Of a stretch of DNA of 64,000 nucleotides, positions 1-14,119 are shown in pieces. The stretch lies in the NCBI GenBank assembly GCA_951406725.2, contig OX597816.1, forward strand, positions 34,348,001-34,412,000. Reading direction: 5' to 3'. Every line of letters starts with the position of its first letter. The first letter of the stretch is position 1. The stretch comes from Octopus vulgaris. Its lineage: Eukaryota. The notes under the pieces were generated by a model. That model did not search any database and was not told where the DNA came from. It saw only the letters and a program-made list of their open reading frames with translations. A program made the position numbers and the translations under genes.

Positions 1-264
1 GACGCGCAGATATCTGCAAACTACTTAGCGTAGTCTGTCGCTTACAAAACACAATTTCTATAACTGGATACAGAACGCCCAACCGAAATCGAGCATGTAT
101 AATCTTCTACAAATAATATTTCGGTGTATTTTTTTCAAATGTCTTCACTCTGGCGCCCTGAGGCCGTAAATTAGTCTGCAGTTAATACATTTCAGCAGCC
201 AACTTACCGGTTAGGGAAAATTTCTTATATAAATAATAAAGGTAGAAATTGATATTAATCAATT

Positions 265-573
265 AAAACCTGTGGTTTAGCATATTTGAAAATCCAAAGA
301 TTAAAAATTGTGTTACATACAAAATTAAGAGGAATGACCACAAAAGTGGACACCCTATATGATAAACATCGACGTCAAATCGCCTTTACTACGAAGAATG
401 TGTTCTCAACAACATATTCTTTTTTTTCTTGAGAACACATTCTCAGTAGTAACGGCGATTTGACGTCTATGTTTATCATATAGAGTGTCCACTTTTGTGG
501 TTATTCCTCTTAATTTTGTATGTAACACAATTTTTTATCTTCGGATTTTTAAATATACTAAGCCACTGGTTTT
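265..573. repeat. ~145-bp-arm inverted repeat (fold-back), probably the inverted pseudo-LTR of the adjacent PLE fragment
   Basis: Arm 265-409 (aaaacctgtggtttagcatattt...gaatgtgttctcaa) is the near-exact reverse complement of 429-573; ~19-nt spacer; directly followed by PLE-like coding remnant. Confidence 0.85.
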
Positions 574-574
574 G

Positions 575-1025
575 GCTTCGAAAAAACTTAATTTCGAAAA
601 AGACTTAACGCACTTAAAAAAAAAACTTATAGTTCTCTAAACACACCAATTCCTTCCAGAAAAAAAGCTTTCAGAAAATATATGAAGGATAAAGTAATCA
701 CCTGATCTACACTTACTATTCGATAAAACGGGTAACATTTATTCACTATCTATGGATACCTACATTGAACTGATTCTGAAGGTTTTTAATACCAATTATA
801 AACTTGCAAAGGACACCGCACTTGCGGACACTAATAAAATACACAATAAACTTATCTCAAATATCAACCTACTACACATGACGGAATCTTACGCATCAAG
901 AACTACACACTTTATTTTGAAAGATCTTAAAATTAACTTCCATTTGAAGCCATCTATTAGACTTATATATCAAACAAAATACGACTTGTGTAAAATTAGC
1001 AAATACATAATAACTAGAATAATCC
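575..1025 (+). pseudogene. Degenerate N-terminal RT-region fragment of a Penelope-like element (same type as 11306-14119)
   Basis: Motifs FEKDL, DKTGNIY and LKDLKINFHLKPSIRLIYQTKYDLCKISK (ORF 752-1075) align with FEKDL, DKTGNLY and LKDHKRNFMENPSVRHICPTKSDIGRL of the 11.3-kb element. Confidence 0.7.
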
Positions 1026-1052
1026 TTTCTCCTATGGACACAATATGTGGAT

Positions 1053-1242
1053 ATTTTGTGGGGAGAGGGGACTAGTCGATTAGATCGACTCCCAGTACGC
1101 AACTGGTACTTAATTTATCAACTCCAAAATGATGAAGGGCAAAGTCGACCTCAACGGAATTTGAACTCAGAACCTAGCGACGGGCAACATACTGTTAGGC
1201 ATTTCGTCCAGCGTGCTAACGGTTTTGACCGCTAACCGCCTT
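1053..1242 (-). mobile_element. tRNA-derived SINE, family A (octopus OK/OR-like)
   Basis: Reverse complement matches the 10714 copy: gttagcacgctggacgaaatgc...gttctgagttcaaattccg...cctttcatc...aagtaccagttgcgtactgggagtcgat. Confidence 0.8.
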
Positions 1243-3019
1243 CATAAAAGATAGAATAATACCATTTGTAACACTATAACGTTAAACTTGTTTTATAGAA
1301 TTCAAGGAGGGATGTATTAACATGGTTCCATTCCCTTCGAGGTAAGCTTTATATATTCGACTTTGAGGCAAAAAGTGAAAGCATTATTGTTATTGATGTT
1401 GTTGTTGTTGCTGTTGTTTTTATAATATGCATGTTTGTGTGTATGTAATTGGTTGCCCACAATTTCTTCCACGACCTTTATGCTATAAGCAAACATTAGT
1501 TTTAGAAGATAATTTTAAATCCATAGAACTCTGCGTTTCTACATCACTTTCGGTCCTTATTCCAATCTGATCCTTTCGTTGAGTATCTGATGCAATTGTT
1601 GTCTTTCTAGCAAACACATTCATCAACTTGTGACATCGACTACATTAAGCTTATAAACATAAAAGATGGATATAGCAAAAACATATAATAATTTATTGGT
1701 GCTCAGAAATATATTTAATGAAACCTATAATCGTTTCCCTCAGCAACAACATTTTCAAAGAAAGTTCATTAAAAGTTTAATCCTCATAGAATAACAGGAA
1801 TTAATTTAAGGACAGGGTTCTGGTTCAAATGGTAAAAGTCGCATCGACGATTATAAGTAAAATATTTTTGTGTGTGTCAGCAGAAGAAAAATAAAAAGAA
1901 AAAAAAAAGAAATAGATTGTATTGGACATTCAAAGAGAGAGTATGATTTCACGAGTCAGCATATCAATCAATAAATTTCATACTGTATATTTCAATGATC
2001 CTTCTATATTTCTTGTCGCATAGAGAAAAAGAAAAAAAAACCTGAATCAAATTTATGTAAATGAGTTTTCTTAAATAAAATTAGTTTACATTATACGCGC
2101 ATGTTCTGCTTATACACATTGCAGAGATTCTGTAATTAATTAATTAATTAATTAAATGTATATGTATGCCGTTAAATGAATGAAAATGTGCTTAAATATG
2201 ACATTTTAGCAACCTCTAGTAACAAAGCTCCTGGCTGCCAAAATTGAATTAGGGCGAAGTAATTTCAAATATCAGGCCATTGGAGAGGGTAATATAAATT
2301 AACTTCAATTCATATATACATCCCACCATACATGAATACATACACACATGTATGTGTATGTGTGGGGGGAGTGTCTACGTGTGATCATGTATAACTATAT
2401 GTATCTATCTATCTCCATACCAGTCCGTCTCACTCTATGTCTATATATCTATATGTAAACACACACACTCATACGCACGCACACAGACACACACATACAC
2501 AGACACAGCTCTCTCACACACACTCTTTTATATTTATGACAAATAAAATAATTCGAAGTATAAATTTTGGTAACATTACACGCATTACGTCATAACGATT
2601 TTTTCCTTGATGCCGGGTACATATTAATTTCTGTAATCATGCTCGCATAACTCTACAATAGTTCGTTTGTCATGAAGACAAGTAAGGTTTAGTTTCGCCA
2701 AAACACGAAATATTTTATTTCAGATTTATGGTCATCTAAGCATGAAATTAGATTTGCATATTATTTTCACATGGTTTTCTGAAAGGAAGGAAAAATTAAC
2801 ATTTTCTAAGAATATCCCAAAATGTAATTAATAAAGAATCAAATACACCATTTCACACGTGTACTTTTCCGTACATGAGTGGTAATATGCGTAGACCTAC
2901 ATCATCACTACAACTACCTAGAAGAAATACTGTTATTAGATACTTGGAACCCTAGCTGCTGATGGTGCTTCTACTGTCCTTGCTGAAACAACCAACAGAT
3001 ATATCCCATACCACTTTTT

Positions 3020-3229
3020 CACGAAGGTACTGAAAAGTTCCTGACTTTGGGTTATAGAAAATACAGGAGGACCTGTTAATTATTATTGTATCCAACATAG
3101 CCATCACCCCGCTCAGATTCTCGCACTACTTGTAGCAGTCCTTCAGTTTTCTAAGCACTTTAAAAAAACTCAGCAAGTTGGGTTTCCAACCAGGCCTTTC
3201 TCGAAACCCTTAAACCCAGGGATATTTTC
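3020..3229. mobile_element. Mariner-type MITE, decayed copy
   Basis: Colinear with 53255-53469 (acgaaggtactgaaaagttcctg...acccttaaacccagg); right TIR eroded. Confidence 0.65.
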
Positions 3230-3249
3230 TTTTCGGTTTATTCCAACAC

Positions 3250-5160
3250 GAAGAGAGAGGTCATCTTAAAATGATCGAAACAGGTAATTCTTTAGTTAAA
3301 GATGTGCATGGAGTAAACACTCAGTACACAGATGAAATTAATTTCATACTGGTTAACAAACGATATGTACAGCAGAACACTTCAGTGAGAGCACCATTCA
3401 GCACCTGCAGTGATCGACAGATACCGGCAAATATCGAAAAGAACCAAATGAAAAAGATCCGAACATCTGGGTTAAGGAACAATGTATCAATGTCTTTCAA
3501 GTGACAGTCGCAAGATGTTCTGAAGAGGGATGTCTGGAGTTAGCTTGGTGTAGAATACTAAAAGGTGCATGTACAATGCGAGAACTTTCGGAGGCCTGGT
3601 GGAATAATCTCGGAAGGGACGAAAGAAATACTAGAAAAGTGGAAAACTGTAAAAGTTCTCTGCGAGTATTTCGTTTCTTGCAAAGCGATAAATCAAAGTC
3701 TTAAGAATGATTTCAAGTACGGTAAATTGTTAAACTTGATGCAGGCGGCAAACGGAAGGAACGTTCTAAAAACTATGTAAGGGAGAGATAGCATTTTACC
3801 TGTTGCAGGTAAAAGCTCTTAAGTACTAGGCAAAATTCACGTTGACATAGAGATGGAAGAGGTCTGCATAGCTTTCTACATGAACTTTTTAGTCATCAAT
3901 GAATCACGAACTTGCACTTAAGGCCTTTTAGAAAAAAAAGTGCTGTCTCTTTTGTACAGAGGAATTGAAAATCCCCTCGTGAGGATGAAAGCACATACAG
4001 TTCCGAACGAAAATAAAATAACAGGTATATTAAGCTGCCAAGAAGAAAAGCACTATAAACGTCGTTGCGAATAGGGTCGAATACCAACTTTCTTCATGAG
4101 AAGAGTAATAAAGACGTTCTAATAAATTATTGTCCCATAAGCCTCTCGCTGCACATCCCCAAGCTATATCTAAAGGTCACTGTCACCAGAAAATTCAAAT
4201 ATCTCGATGCCCGGCAGCCCAGGGAACACGAAGGTTTCCATAAGAATCTCAGTACAATAGACCACATATTAATTCTAATACAGTTTATAGATCGAAAGAA
4301 CTTACAAAAAGCAAAAGCTTTCATTGAAATCAATGGAAAAACAAAAAAAAAACACTCTGCGGGAGTGACACATAAATGCATCAGTGACACATCACTTTTA
4401 TTGCCACCAGTAAAAAACCCAGCAGAAGGGTTTGAAACAAGGATAGTGTCGTGTTCATGCTTAACACCACATTGCTAGAAATGGTGTTCAGAGACATTTT
4501 CAGGACAGGAAGATTCAACATGAATAACTAACATACTTCCGATATGCAGATGACAGCGCTCTCATTGCTGTAAGCATATATTCAGCTGCAGATTATGCTG
4601 ACAAAAACTATAGATACATCGCCCAGGAGTAGGCTTTAAATTGAACAGTATGAAAACACTATATACGCGGTCCAAAAAGATGGTTTAAATCTGATTAGAT
4701 ATGGAGAGGAAAGAAATCGAGGACTTGAAGTAGAGTGTCTACTTATGTCACACAATCAATATCCGGAGCCATCGACGTTGAAATCTTTAGGGAAATTAGC
4801 AAGAAAGCAAGGACGTGTTAAGCGCAACGCTGGACAGGAACCTTCGTGACAGTTGCATCAACAGCACCGTCCTAGCTGCACTCTTATGCATGAGCTACTA
4901 CGAACGAGCCAGAAGAACTGGTGGCGACCATTCAAAGTGCTGTGCAACGATTCATGTTTGGTGCATTATTGCGAGAGTATCTGGAATGTTGTAATTTGAG
5001 ATTAGATTGGAGTGAACGACATGATCATAGAATATCATAAGCGCAGGTTCCGCTGGGTCAAGCGTATCGCAACCCATGCAGTTGTAGAGCGCTATCCAAG
5101 AGTTAGGAAAGGGCCGCTCTGAAGAACTACATGTCGATGGGAAGACGATTGAGTTTACTT
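3250..5160 (+). mobile_element. RTE-clade LINE remnant (APE C-terminus + RT), many stops and frameshifts
   Basis: DEINFILVNKRY..NTSV..PFSTCSD (APE end), NYCPISL...LDARQPREHEGFHKNLSTIDHI, FRYADD (~4537-4555), RWED-like C-terminus; followed by (TCTA)n. Confidence 0.8.
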
Positions 5161-5199
5161 TCACATATATTGTCAATATATCTCTCTATTTATAAAAGT

Positions 5200-5342
<143 letters not shown>

Positions 5343-6139
5343 TGCCTATCGAATATTTGATGAAATACATTTATATAAACGTTAACAAAAATAATTTAGA
5401 ATCATATGGAAACTAACATATTATTTGAAATCATTTAAAGTTTACAATTTCTATGGTTTTGCTTTCACTGTGTACTGCACATCTTCCAATAATTACGGGT
5501 GTCCAAGAAATTGGAAGTAAAATCACACAAACAGACGTGTACTGATCTGCTGCATAGTACACCATAAGTCATTTGTAAAACTGTATATCGACTAGACAAT
5601 CAAGACTATTTGATCCTAGCATTTAATATGTCAGTTTCATCACCTTTATGAGGACTTCAGCTGGATTGAGACACTCGAAAAGGAATAAGCTATACGCGAG
5701 AAATGAACACATTTCATGTTGATTGCTATTTAAATCCATGTGAAGAATAATTTCAGACGCAGCAGTCTACTACTACATTAACCTTTCATCGATAGCAGCC
5801 ACATTTCGTCCCAGTGATTCTATTTTGACTTTGAAACTGTAGAACAGATTCCATAGATGTATGTAATTCATTGCAAATGTAAAATAAATCTATAGCATTT
5901 ACAATTGTTTGTAAATTACACAAAACACATTGTGTAGAGCGAGTTTGTTTATTGAATCGATGTTTTGTATTCTACCGATACTTTGTGGATCCTGGTGTTT
6001 TGAAAGTCGAACTTGATCTCGCCATATACTCAGTGCGTAAAAGTACTGATATCGGCCGACCGCTCAATAGATCCTTATGTTTAGGGTTAGGGCTCACCGT
6101 ATTTATGTTCACAACTATAGAGTTTTCTTAATATATATA

Positions 6140-6306
6140 TATAAATTAAATTAGAGATAAAACCACTATTAGGCAAGTCAAACAGTGAAAAACATAAACC
6201 AAAACATAGAAATGAAATTAATTCATATAAAATACAAACTATATAAAATTCAAAATTTAGATAATTTAAATTTAAAGTTAAAAATGTAAAATTATTATTT
6301 ATATTC

Positions 6307-6358
<52 letters not shown>

Positions 6359-6447
6359 ATCATCAAATATATATAAATCAACTTTTTATAACTTTTTATC
6401 TTATATTAAACTTTTTATAGTTTTTGATAGTTATATATATTTAATAA

Positions 6448-6503
<56 letters not shown>

Positions 6504-6760
6504 TATAAATAAGAATTAATAATTTTAAATTTTTAACTTTAAATTTAAATTATTTAAATTTTGAATTTTATATTTTATATATATTGTATTTTATATGAAT
6601 TAATTTTACTTCTATGTTTTGGTTTATGTTTTTCACTGTTTGATTTGCCTTATAGTAGTTTTATCTCTAATTTAATTTATAGTTATACTGTGAAATTAGA
6701 TTTAATCCTAAATCTAAATTTTTCCCTGTAAGTTTGGATTCACCCCCTAATATTATTATA
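6140..6760. mobile_element. AT-rich non-coding repeat element with internal inverted duplication
   Basis: 6141-6300 (aaattaaattagagataaaaccactattaggcaagtcaaacagtgaaaaacataaacc) is inverted at ~6515-6680; homologous pieces at 35689-35830 and 52557-52890; always next to (TA)n. Confidence 0.7.
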
Positions 6761-9700
6761 TATATGTGTGTGTGTGTGTATGTGTGTGTGTGTGTGTGTT
6801 GGTATTGATATGGGTCTAAATACCCACTATAAAAGCAAACAGAACAGCACTTGTGAAGCGGATCGACATAAGGACACTTCTCCCACATCTGGGAAGGGGT
6901 TGCTGCTCCTCACCAAAAATACGATTATATCCTGGACTGCATTCCAGAAAAAGGTCGACTGGATTTATTTTCTTGAAATCTAAAACACATATCAACTTTG
7001 TTGCCTGCAGCACCTCAGGGCCTCTGCGAATGACTATTCTCCCATCCCGAGAGACAAATCCTTGGTGATTTTATTGCTAACTACGGCTTTACAGCAAGTT
7101 TTAATATGCAAGTGTTTTAACAGAATGTTAGCTCCTTGAGTTCCATCGGCCACGTTGTAACTGAAAATTAGTTTGAGATACGCCTCTTCCTTCAGTCTCA
7201 GCAATGTCAGTCTGTGCGCTGATGTCAGAGGATATTAGAGTTTTATTCCTCTTTAAAATTAATAAATATCTCTCCTGAAAATATCTCAAATCTTCTAGAA
7301 TGCACCTCGTACATTCTACTTAAAGTATTGAAGGGTGTTTGAAGGCATCACAGATATCATTTTCGAATGTTTTTTTTTTTACTTATGTATCGTTGTTAAC
7401 ATCCACTATCACGAAGCTATCGTACGCCAATTCATTAATCACCAGTTCTCTCTGTCATACCAGCGGAAATTTTATAAGTGTCTGAATACTGCACGATTCA
7501 AATATTTTATGTATGGCATTCGACAAAAATGTCACTACTTACGATACAGAAATCTATTTGGTGAATTTTTGATCTGTCCCTTATCAATGTATAAGGCAAG
7601 TAACTTTCTTATGTCTTGGCATCAGTTTGCACCAAACTAAATGTAAGGTTCCATTTAAAGTCTCATTCTAAAGATGATTCCCAGAAGTATAATTGGACTT
7701 ATAAAGGTTTTGCACAGCCTATACAATACATACGAAATCTGAATATGTTACAATTAGCATTCGTCCGATAGCTTATATATTGATTCCGCAATTACTCGTG
7801 TACTACGTTTTGCAGCGATATTAGATTAATATGCAGAAATAAGAAAATTAATCTTCAATTATTAAATTATGATTTCAGCAACTCAATTCAATTAATGTTA
7901 ATGTTTATATAATGGTAAATTATGTTGTTATAATTGCAGCCTTGCGCTACATTTGTCGCTGATATTATTGTTGCTGTTATTTTTCATATCTTAATAACGC
8001 CAAGGCGAAAATTGAGAATAATTTATTACATAGATTTTTCAAGCATAAAATTGAAAATTATTTGTAAGATATCTCAGACCATAAAAGAAATTATAAGAAT
8101 AGAAAATTGAAACCTTCTAAAATTAATTGTAATAACTACATTTCTTACCTGAAATTCATGTTTTATGGCATTTCTTACAGTAATATTTATCAACATAGAA
8201 TACTGAGGCACATTGACCGTTTATAATATCGGAGCCCATTTCGATATACATATATCTCATCGGAGCTGGTCTTAGATAATTACTTTTGTACTAAATAGCT
8301 CAGATTGAAATTATGCGTAAGCTACAGGTGTACAGAAAACAGGAAATATATTATAGATACAAACAATAATAGCTCGGATCCTAAATCGGGTGTGTCCTCA
8401 AAGAAATTTCATCAAATTTGTCGGGCTACACGTGATAAATATGAAAGCAACATTTGGTGTGTAATTGAACTAATTAACTGCGTAGACAGATCGCAACACC
8501 GACCAACGGGAAAAAAATTATTTATAATCATAACTGGCAAGGATTGCTTTGCAAAGTTGGTTTCAAATTTTCCGTATATGGTCAGCATTTCCCGGAGAGA
8601 ATAATTCAATTACAGAAACCCCAGTGCTCAGGTGGTGCTTGTTATATCGGTGGAATGTGAAATCAGGACATAATGATGAAGGAAATGCCAGCATTTCGCC
8701 CGACGTACTTAACGATTCTGCCAGCCCTCCCCCGTATCGCTTTCCAATATTAACTCCTATATCATACTACTGAGGTCGACTTTCCCTTTCCTTCTTTGGG
8801 AATATGTTGGTATCTCAATGAAAATATGCATTGATCATGTGCTAATATTTTCTATAATTTTGTTCGTAAGTGTCCTCAATTCTATCATGTCCAGTTGCAT
8901 CGCAACGCCGTTACAATTTCATGCTATATTAATTTAAAGAAGTAACATATGTCTGTGTGTGTTTCATAAGTTGGGGGTATCTATATGTGTAAGACGTTGG
9001 GGTATTACGTTAAAGTATTTTAAGGGATTTGAGATATAATTCAGAGTGAGTGGATAGCACATGTATTGGTTAATATCAACAAAACACACTGTATAGGAGT
9101 AGAAAATCGAAGTACAATTTAAACTTTGACGTTCTCACGCATACAAGATAACATGATTTATTTATCTGAGACAGATCTGTCGATTATATTTATATTCGCA
9201 TCAACCCCCCACCAAGAAGCCTAGAACTTTTTGTTTTATTTTTGCTATCTGTAAGATGCTTAGTCGGTAAACCCCTCGCTTACTTACATGAAGCGTTTAA
9301 GATTACAATGATTAGAAAATGTAGTTACTACAACCGCTTAGACAAATGTCTTGCTCGACCAACTAGAATTTTTTGTTGCTTATACCTATTGTAGAAGCAT
9401 CTAAATATCCAGCATGCTTTAAAAAAATTACGGTATTTGTTTGCAGGGATTTTATGATATTAATTCGAAGTTTATATTGAATAATGCAAGTAGGTTTATG
9501 TGTGTGCATATGTGCATGGATAATTGTGAGTGTGTGCGGAGATCGTATATAGTAATGTGTGAATTATACGTGAGTTATTTCAAGTTTTATACTTTATAAT
9601 GTAGTAAACAAGTGACTCGTTTAGACTTTGGTGCACGACACTTCATTCTTTCAGACTCCCATTGGTTCAGATCCTCCTGAGGAAACTGGAGAATAATTTA

Positions 9701-10713
9701 CGAGCTTAAAATTTTAAGAAATGTATTAGGAGAAATGAGACAAATTTTAGATAATTTAAAACGTTAAATGAAGAATATTGCTAACGTTTGGTATTTATGC
9801 CATAAAATCCTATGCCTCATGTGTATAGCTAAATGAGGTAAAGGCTAGAATGCATGAAGCTGTGACAAATACGATGATGGGTCATTATTCAGTTGAATAA
9901 CAAAAATAGGCAACCATCTTATAAAAAGTTCTTATCTCGAATTTAAGATAGTAATACTAAGGATGTTTCGTTTTCAGATATATAGAGACTGTTCTTTCTG
10001 ACCCACTAATGTATGCTCAAAATCTAACTACCCTGCTCACACGATTTTGTGTAGTAAACTACTGCCATTTAGGTTCCAGATATGGGTCACAAATGGTGCT
10101 TTTATTCTGTGTCTACCATTTTGAATAAAACTGGTAAATGTTGCATCCCTTTTTAAAGTTAATTACACATCATACAATTCAGCAGGTGTTTTTAATGCCA
10201 TTTATTCAGTGGATTGGAAATGTCATCATCTTTGATGACGACTGGGCTGATCACACACATATGGTTGAGTGGGCAAGTATTAGATCCCACGAGTTGCATT
10301 TTTGAGTTAACATATAGGGATAAACATCTTGATGAAACGACATAGTCCTTATGTTAGGGGCACAGTTATAGGAAACTTTCACGAAAAGTCCATTGAAAAG
10401 TTTAAAAGTGTATTGCTATCGAAAAGTATTTATCCATCCAGCCTAGAAACACCTCATATTTATTAAATCGAACACCCACTGTCAAAGTGGGATCGAACCG
10501 TCTAAATTACTTAGCTATGTCTTTGGAGTTGGATGTATGAGATATCATTAAAACCATGCCTCCAAATGCAAATGTAAAAACGTGTTCGTCTGTGTGTATA
10601 TATATGTATATGCATACATATGTATACATACACACACACTCACCTATATATGTACATATGTATGTGTGTGGACACACAGACAAACACAAACACACACATA
10701 GATATATATGTAT

Positions 10714-10929
10714 GCTGGCAGAAACGTTAGCGCACCGGGCGAAATGCGCAGCCGTATATCGTCTGCTGTTACGTTCTGAGTTCAAATTCTGCCGATGGCT
10801 ACTTTGCGTTTCATCTTTTCGGGGTCAATAAACAAAGTACCAGTTTCGCACTGAGTCTATGTAATCGACTTAATCCCTGTGTCTGTCCTTGTTGTCCCCT
10901 CTATGCTTAGCCGCTTGTGGGCTGTAAAG

Positions 10930-10933
<4 letters not shown>
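10714..10933 (+). mobile_element. tRNA-derived SINE, family A
   Basis: A-box-like tggcagaaacgttag, B-box-like gagttcaaattc, shared central domain (ctttgcgtttcatc...aagtaccagtt), tail ending aaagaaat; homologues at 1053, 49439, 53809. Confidence 0.85.
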
Positions 10934-10965
<32 letters not shown>

Positions 10966-10970
<5 letters not shown>

Positions 10971-11061
10971 CAGTAAAAACAAATATTTGCAGTTTTTAAT
11001 TTCAGTAAAAACAAATATTTGCAGTTTTTAATTTCAGTAAAAACAAATATTTGCAGCTTTT
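10966..11061 (+). repeat. 3 x 32-bp tandem at the 5' junction of the PLE
   Basis: Unit aatttcagtaaaaacaaatatttgcagttttt at 10966, 10998, 11030; part of the unit is pLTR sequence. Confidence 0.9.
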
Positions 11062-11305
11062 AATAAAGCTGTACTTCGTATGAAACAATTGTACTGAATA
11101 ACTAATCCATTCTTGTTGCTTTTTTCTTGTTTATAATCACCACACATTATTTTATGGTTAATACCATATAGATTTCTGGTGCATCTAAGTTAAGTACCGC
11201 ATTCATGTGAATTCATTGGAACTCACTTGAATCTTAATTGTTTTCACTGAAATTATATTCCCATACAGTCTGTATGTTTTTCTGGTACTTAATTTCTCAA
11301 CAAGA

Positions 11306-14119
11306 ATGGAGAAAGTAAACATAGAGTTTTCCCCTAAAGACATCCCCTTACACAGTAAGGATGAATATATTTGGCTACTTATCCATAGGATTAATGACTT
11401 CATTAGAAGAATTAGATGGAAAACTTACCATTTTGATGTCAAACGGAAAAAGGACCCTCAAGCAAGGAATACTGATTAGAACTAGGGGAGAATTTTTAGA
11501 AGCAGAAAGAGCCCGCCTCCGAAACCACTCCTGGAAAATTTTGAAAAAGATTTACTGAATCTTATAGAAGATATTAAATTCAAAGAACACCCGTTAAGAT
11601 ACAACCCTCACCTCAAACATCTCAGAAACTTTGTTTATTCAACTCGTAATAAAGAAGGAATCTTAGTGCCATCGGATAAAACTGGTAATCTGTATAGAGT
11701 AGATTACACTCTTTATAGCAAGCTAATTAAGAAGGAACTCTACTTCAAATATAAAATTACTACAAAGAAAGATTTGAAAAAATAAACCTAGAAATGAAGG
11801 AAATTATGGAAAGATACAATTTAACAGATAGAACGGAGCCGCTTAAACCATGTGAACCTAGAATCAACCTTAAGGACCACAAAAGGAATTTCATGGAAAA
11901 CCCTTCGGTAAGACATATTTGTCCAACTAAGTCAGACATTGGCCGGCTTATTAAGATACTGTTCTACACCAAATAACCCCGATTCTTCCCTTAAATCTCT
12001 GTCTAAATACCGATGAAGTATTAAAATGGTTTAATTCTCTAACTAATACTAGTAGTCTCTCCTTTATTCAGTTCGACATAAATAATTATTACTCTAGTAT
12101 TTCACCCATTTTGCTAAATAAATCACTTATATTTGCCATGAATCGCTCCCTCATATCTAGAGAGGAAATCGATATAGTGCTATTAGCTAGAAAAACATTT
12201 ATAGAATTTGAAGGAGAATTATGGACTAGAGCAGATACCCCTAATAATTTCGATATACCCATGGGTTCTAGTGATTCGGCTGAGGTAACTAATTTGATAG
12301 GTGCGTATCTATTAAAGTGCATAAAAAGGGAGATCCCGGAATTACAAGGTGGTCTATACACGGATGATGCTCTGTTCGTTATTCCTAGTAATAATAAATC
12401 TAGCATTGTACGGATTAGAAAGAAAATTAATAGGTTCTTTAAAGATTTCAACCATAGCATAACTTATGAACCTGGCACTAAAATAGTCACTTTCCTACAT
12501 ATTACATTAGATCTTAACTCTAAGCTGCATTACCCATTTAGAAAGGAAGGTGAAATCACGAGATACGTAAATAAATTATCCAATCATCCTCCAAATATAA
12601 TTAAACTTTTGGTTAGAAATATTTCCTTAAGAATCTCTAAATTATCATCTAATAATGATATATTTAACTCTCATTCTGAGCATTATAATGCGGCGTTATC
12701 TAAGGCAGAATACAACAAAAAGATTACTTTTATTGATAAGGAGAGCTTCCATATTCCTAATAATGGAGGCAGCAGTAACCACGTAAACAATAATATAGAT
12801 CACGCCCGAAATAAAAGTAGAAATAGATTTACGGTGGCAACAAATCTAACGTACAAGCCTAATCTTAAGAATAAAAATATAGACTAGAGCATAGGTAACT
12901 CTGATAAAACCAATTTAGATAAATCAAAAAAGCATACAAATAATAGTAATAAATATAATAGCTCTGGTGGGATTAGTAATAATTCAACTAACTCTAATTC
13001 TAATTTAAGGAAATTTAATAAGAAAGATATAATCTGGCTGAATATTCCTTTCAACCAAGCGATTTTATCGGATATACAAGGCAGATTCAAATTAATTTTA
13101 GAAAAATATTTCCCAGCCTCTCATAAATATCATAGAATAATTTCTAAAAGAACGGTTAGGATTTCTTATTCAACCCTCCCAAATATGTCCACTATAATAG
13201 CTTAGATTAATAATAAAAACATTAAGCTAGCCAGAAATAATAAGACTAATACCAACATGAATACCAATAACAATTGTAATAATATTATCAAAAGTAAAAA
13301 TAATAACCACAATAATAGTAACTATCAAAACAAAACCATCAATAACCATGGAATAACTAATATTAATAATAATAATAATAATGTTAATATTAATATGAGT
13401 AATAATGATAATAATATGAGCAATGCTAATAGAAAAAATATCGGGAATGATGACAACATTGATATCTATAACAGCAATATGCATTCGGATATAAATACAA
13501 GCAATAATAGTAGCAATGCTAATATCGTGAGTAATTATGATATTGCTATAGAGCTAAATGATAGTGTAAACGGATCGATAAATGATAACACAGCTTTAGA
13601 TAACAACATTACCTATAATAACGATAATTATATTCATAATAATCTGAATAGCAACAATATGAGATATCTATCCTTAAATAATTCTATATCTGAAGATGTA
13701 ATTGTGTAATTGTTGGTGTAATTGTAGAATTAAGTCAAATGCCCGGCACCTGGTCTGTGTGGGGTAAATAACATAATCTATAAATGTACCATAACTACTG
13801 AGAATAACAATTTTTTTATTTAGGTTGTACTATAAAATTTAAACAAAGAGTTAGCAACCATATCTCCTCATTTAAGTTACCTCATAAAGCTGGTTGCACC
13901 ACACTTCCAAATAAGTTCTGGGAACTCAAAAATAATAATATTAAATATAACCTTAATTGGGAAATAGTTAGAAATAACAGGGTAGGTTGCCAACTCTGCT
14001 TCATGGAGACATATGAAATTTTAAGGCATAGAAAAAATTAAAATTTGTTAAATAACCGTGTCGAATGAGATTTTTCTTGTATTCACTCAAAAATTAAGAC
14101 TCTTAAATATTTTAAATAA
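11306..14119 (+). pseudogene. PLE polyprotein (RT + Asn-rich linker + C-terminal GIY-YIG endonuclease), disrupted
   Basis: ATG 11306 MEKVNIEFSPKDIP; DKT; LKDHK; QFDINNYYSSI; PMGSSDSAEV; GLYTDD; FLHITLDL; SNHPP; CNCRIKSxCPAPGLC then NIIYKC...LGCT...FKQRVSNH; several frameshifts and stops. Confidence 0.85.

Noticed and set aside
6830-7700. Possible minus-strand endonuclease or retroelement remnant (RLKEEAY)
   Set aside because: Too decayed to assign by eye.
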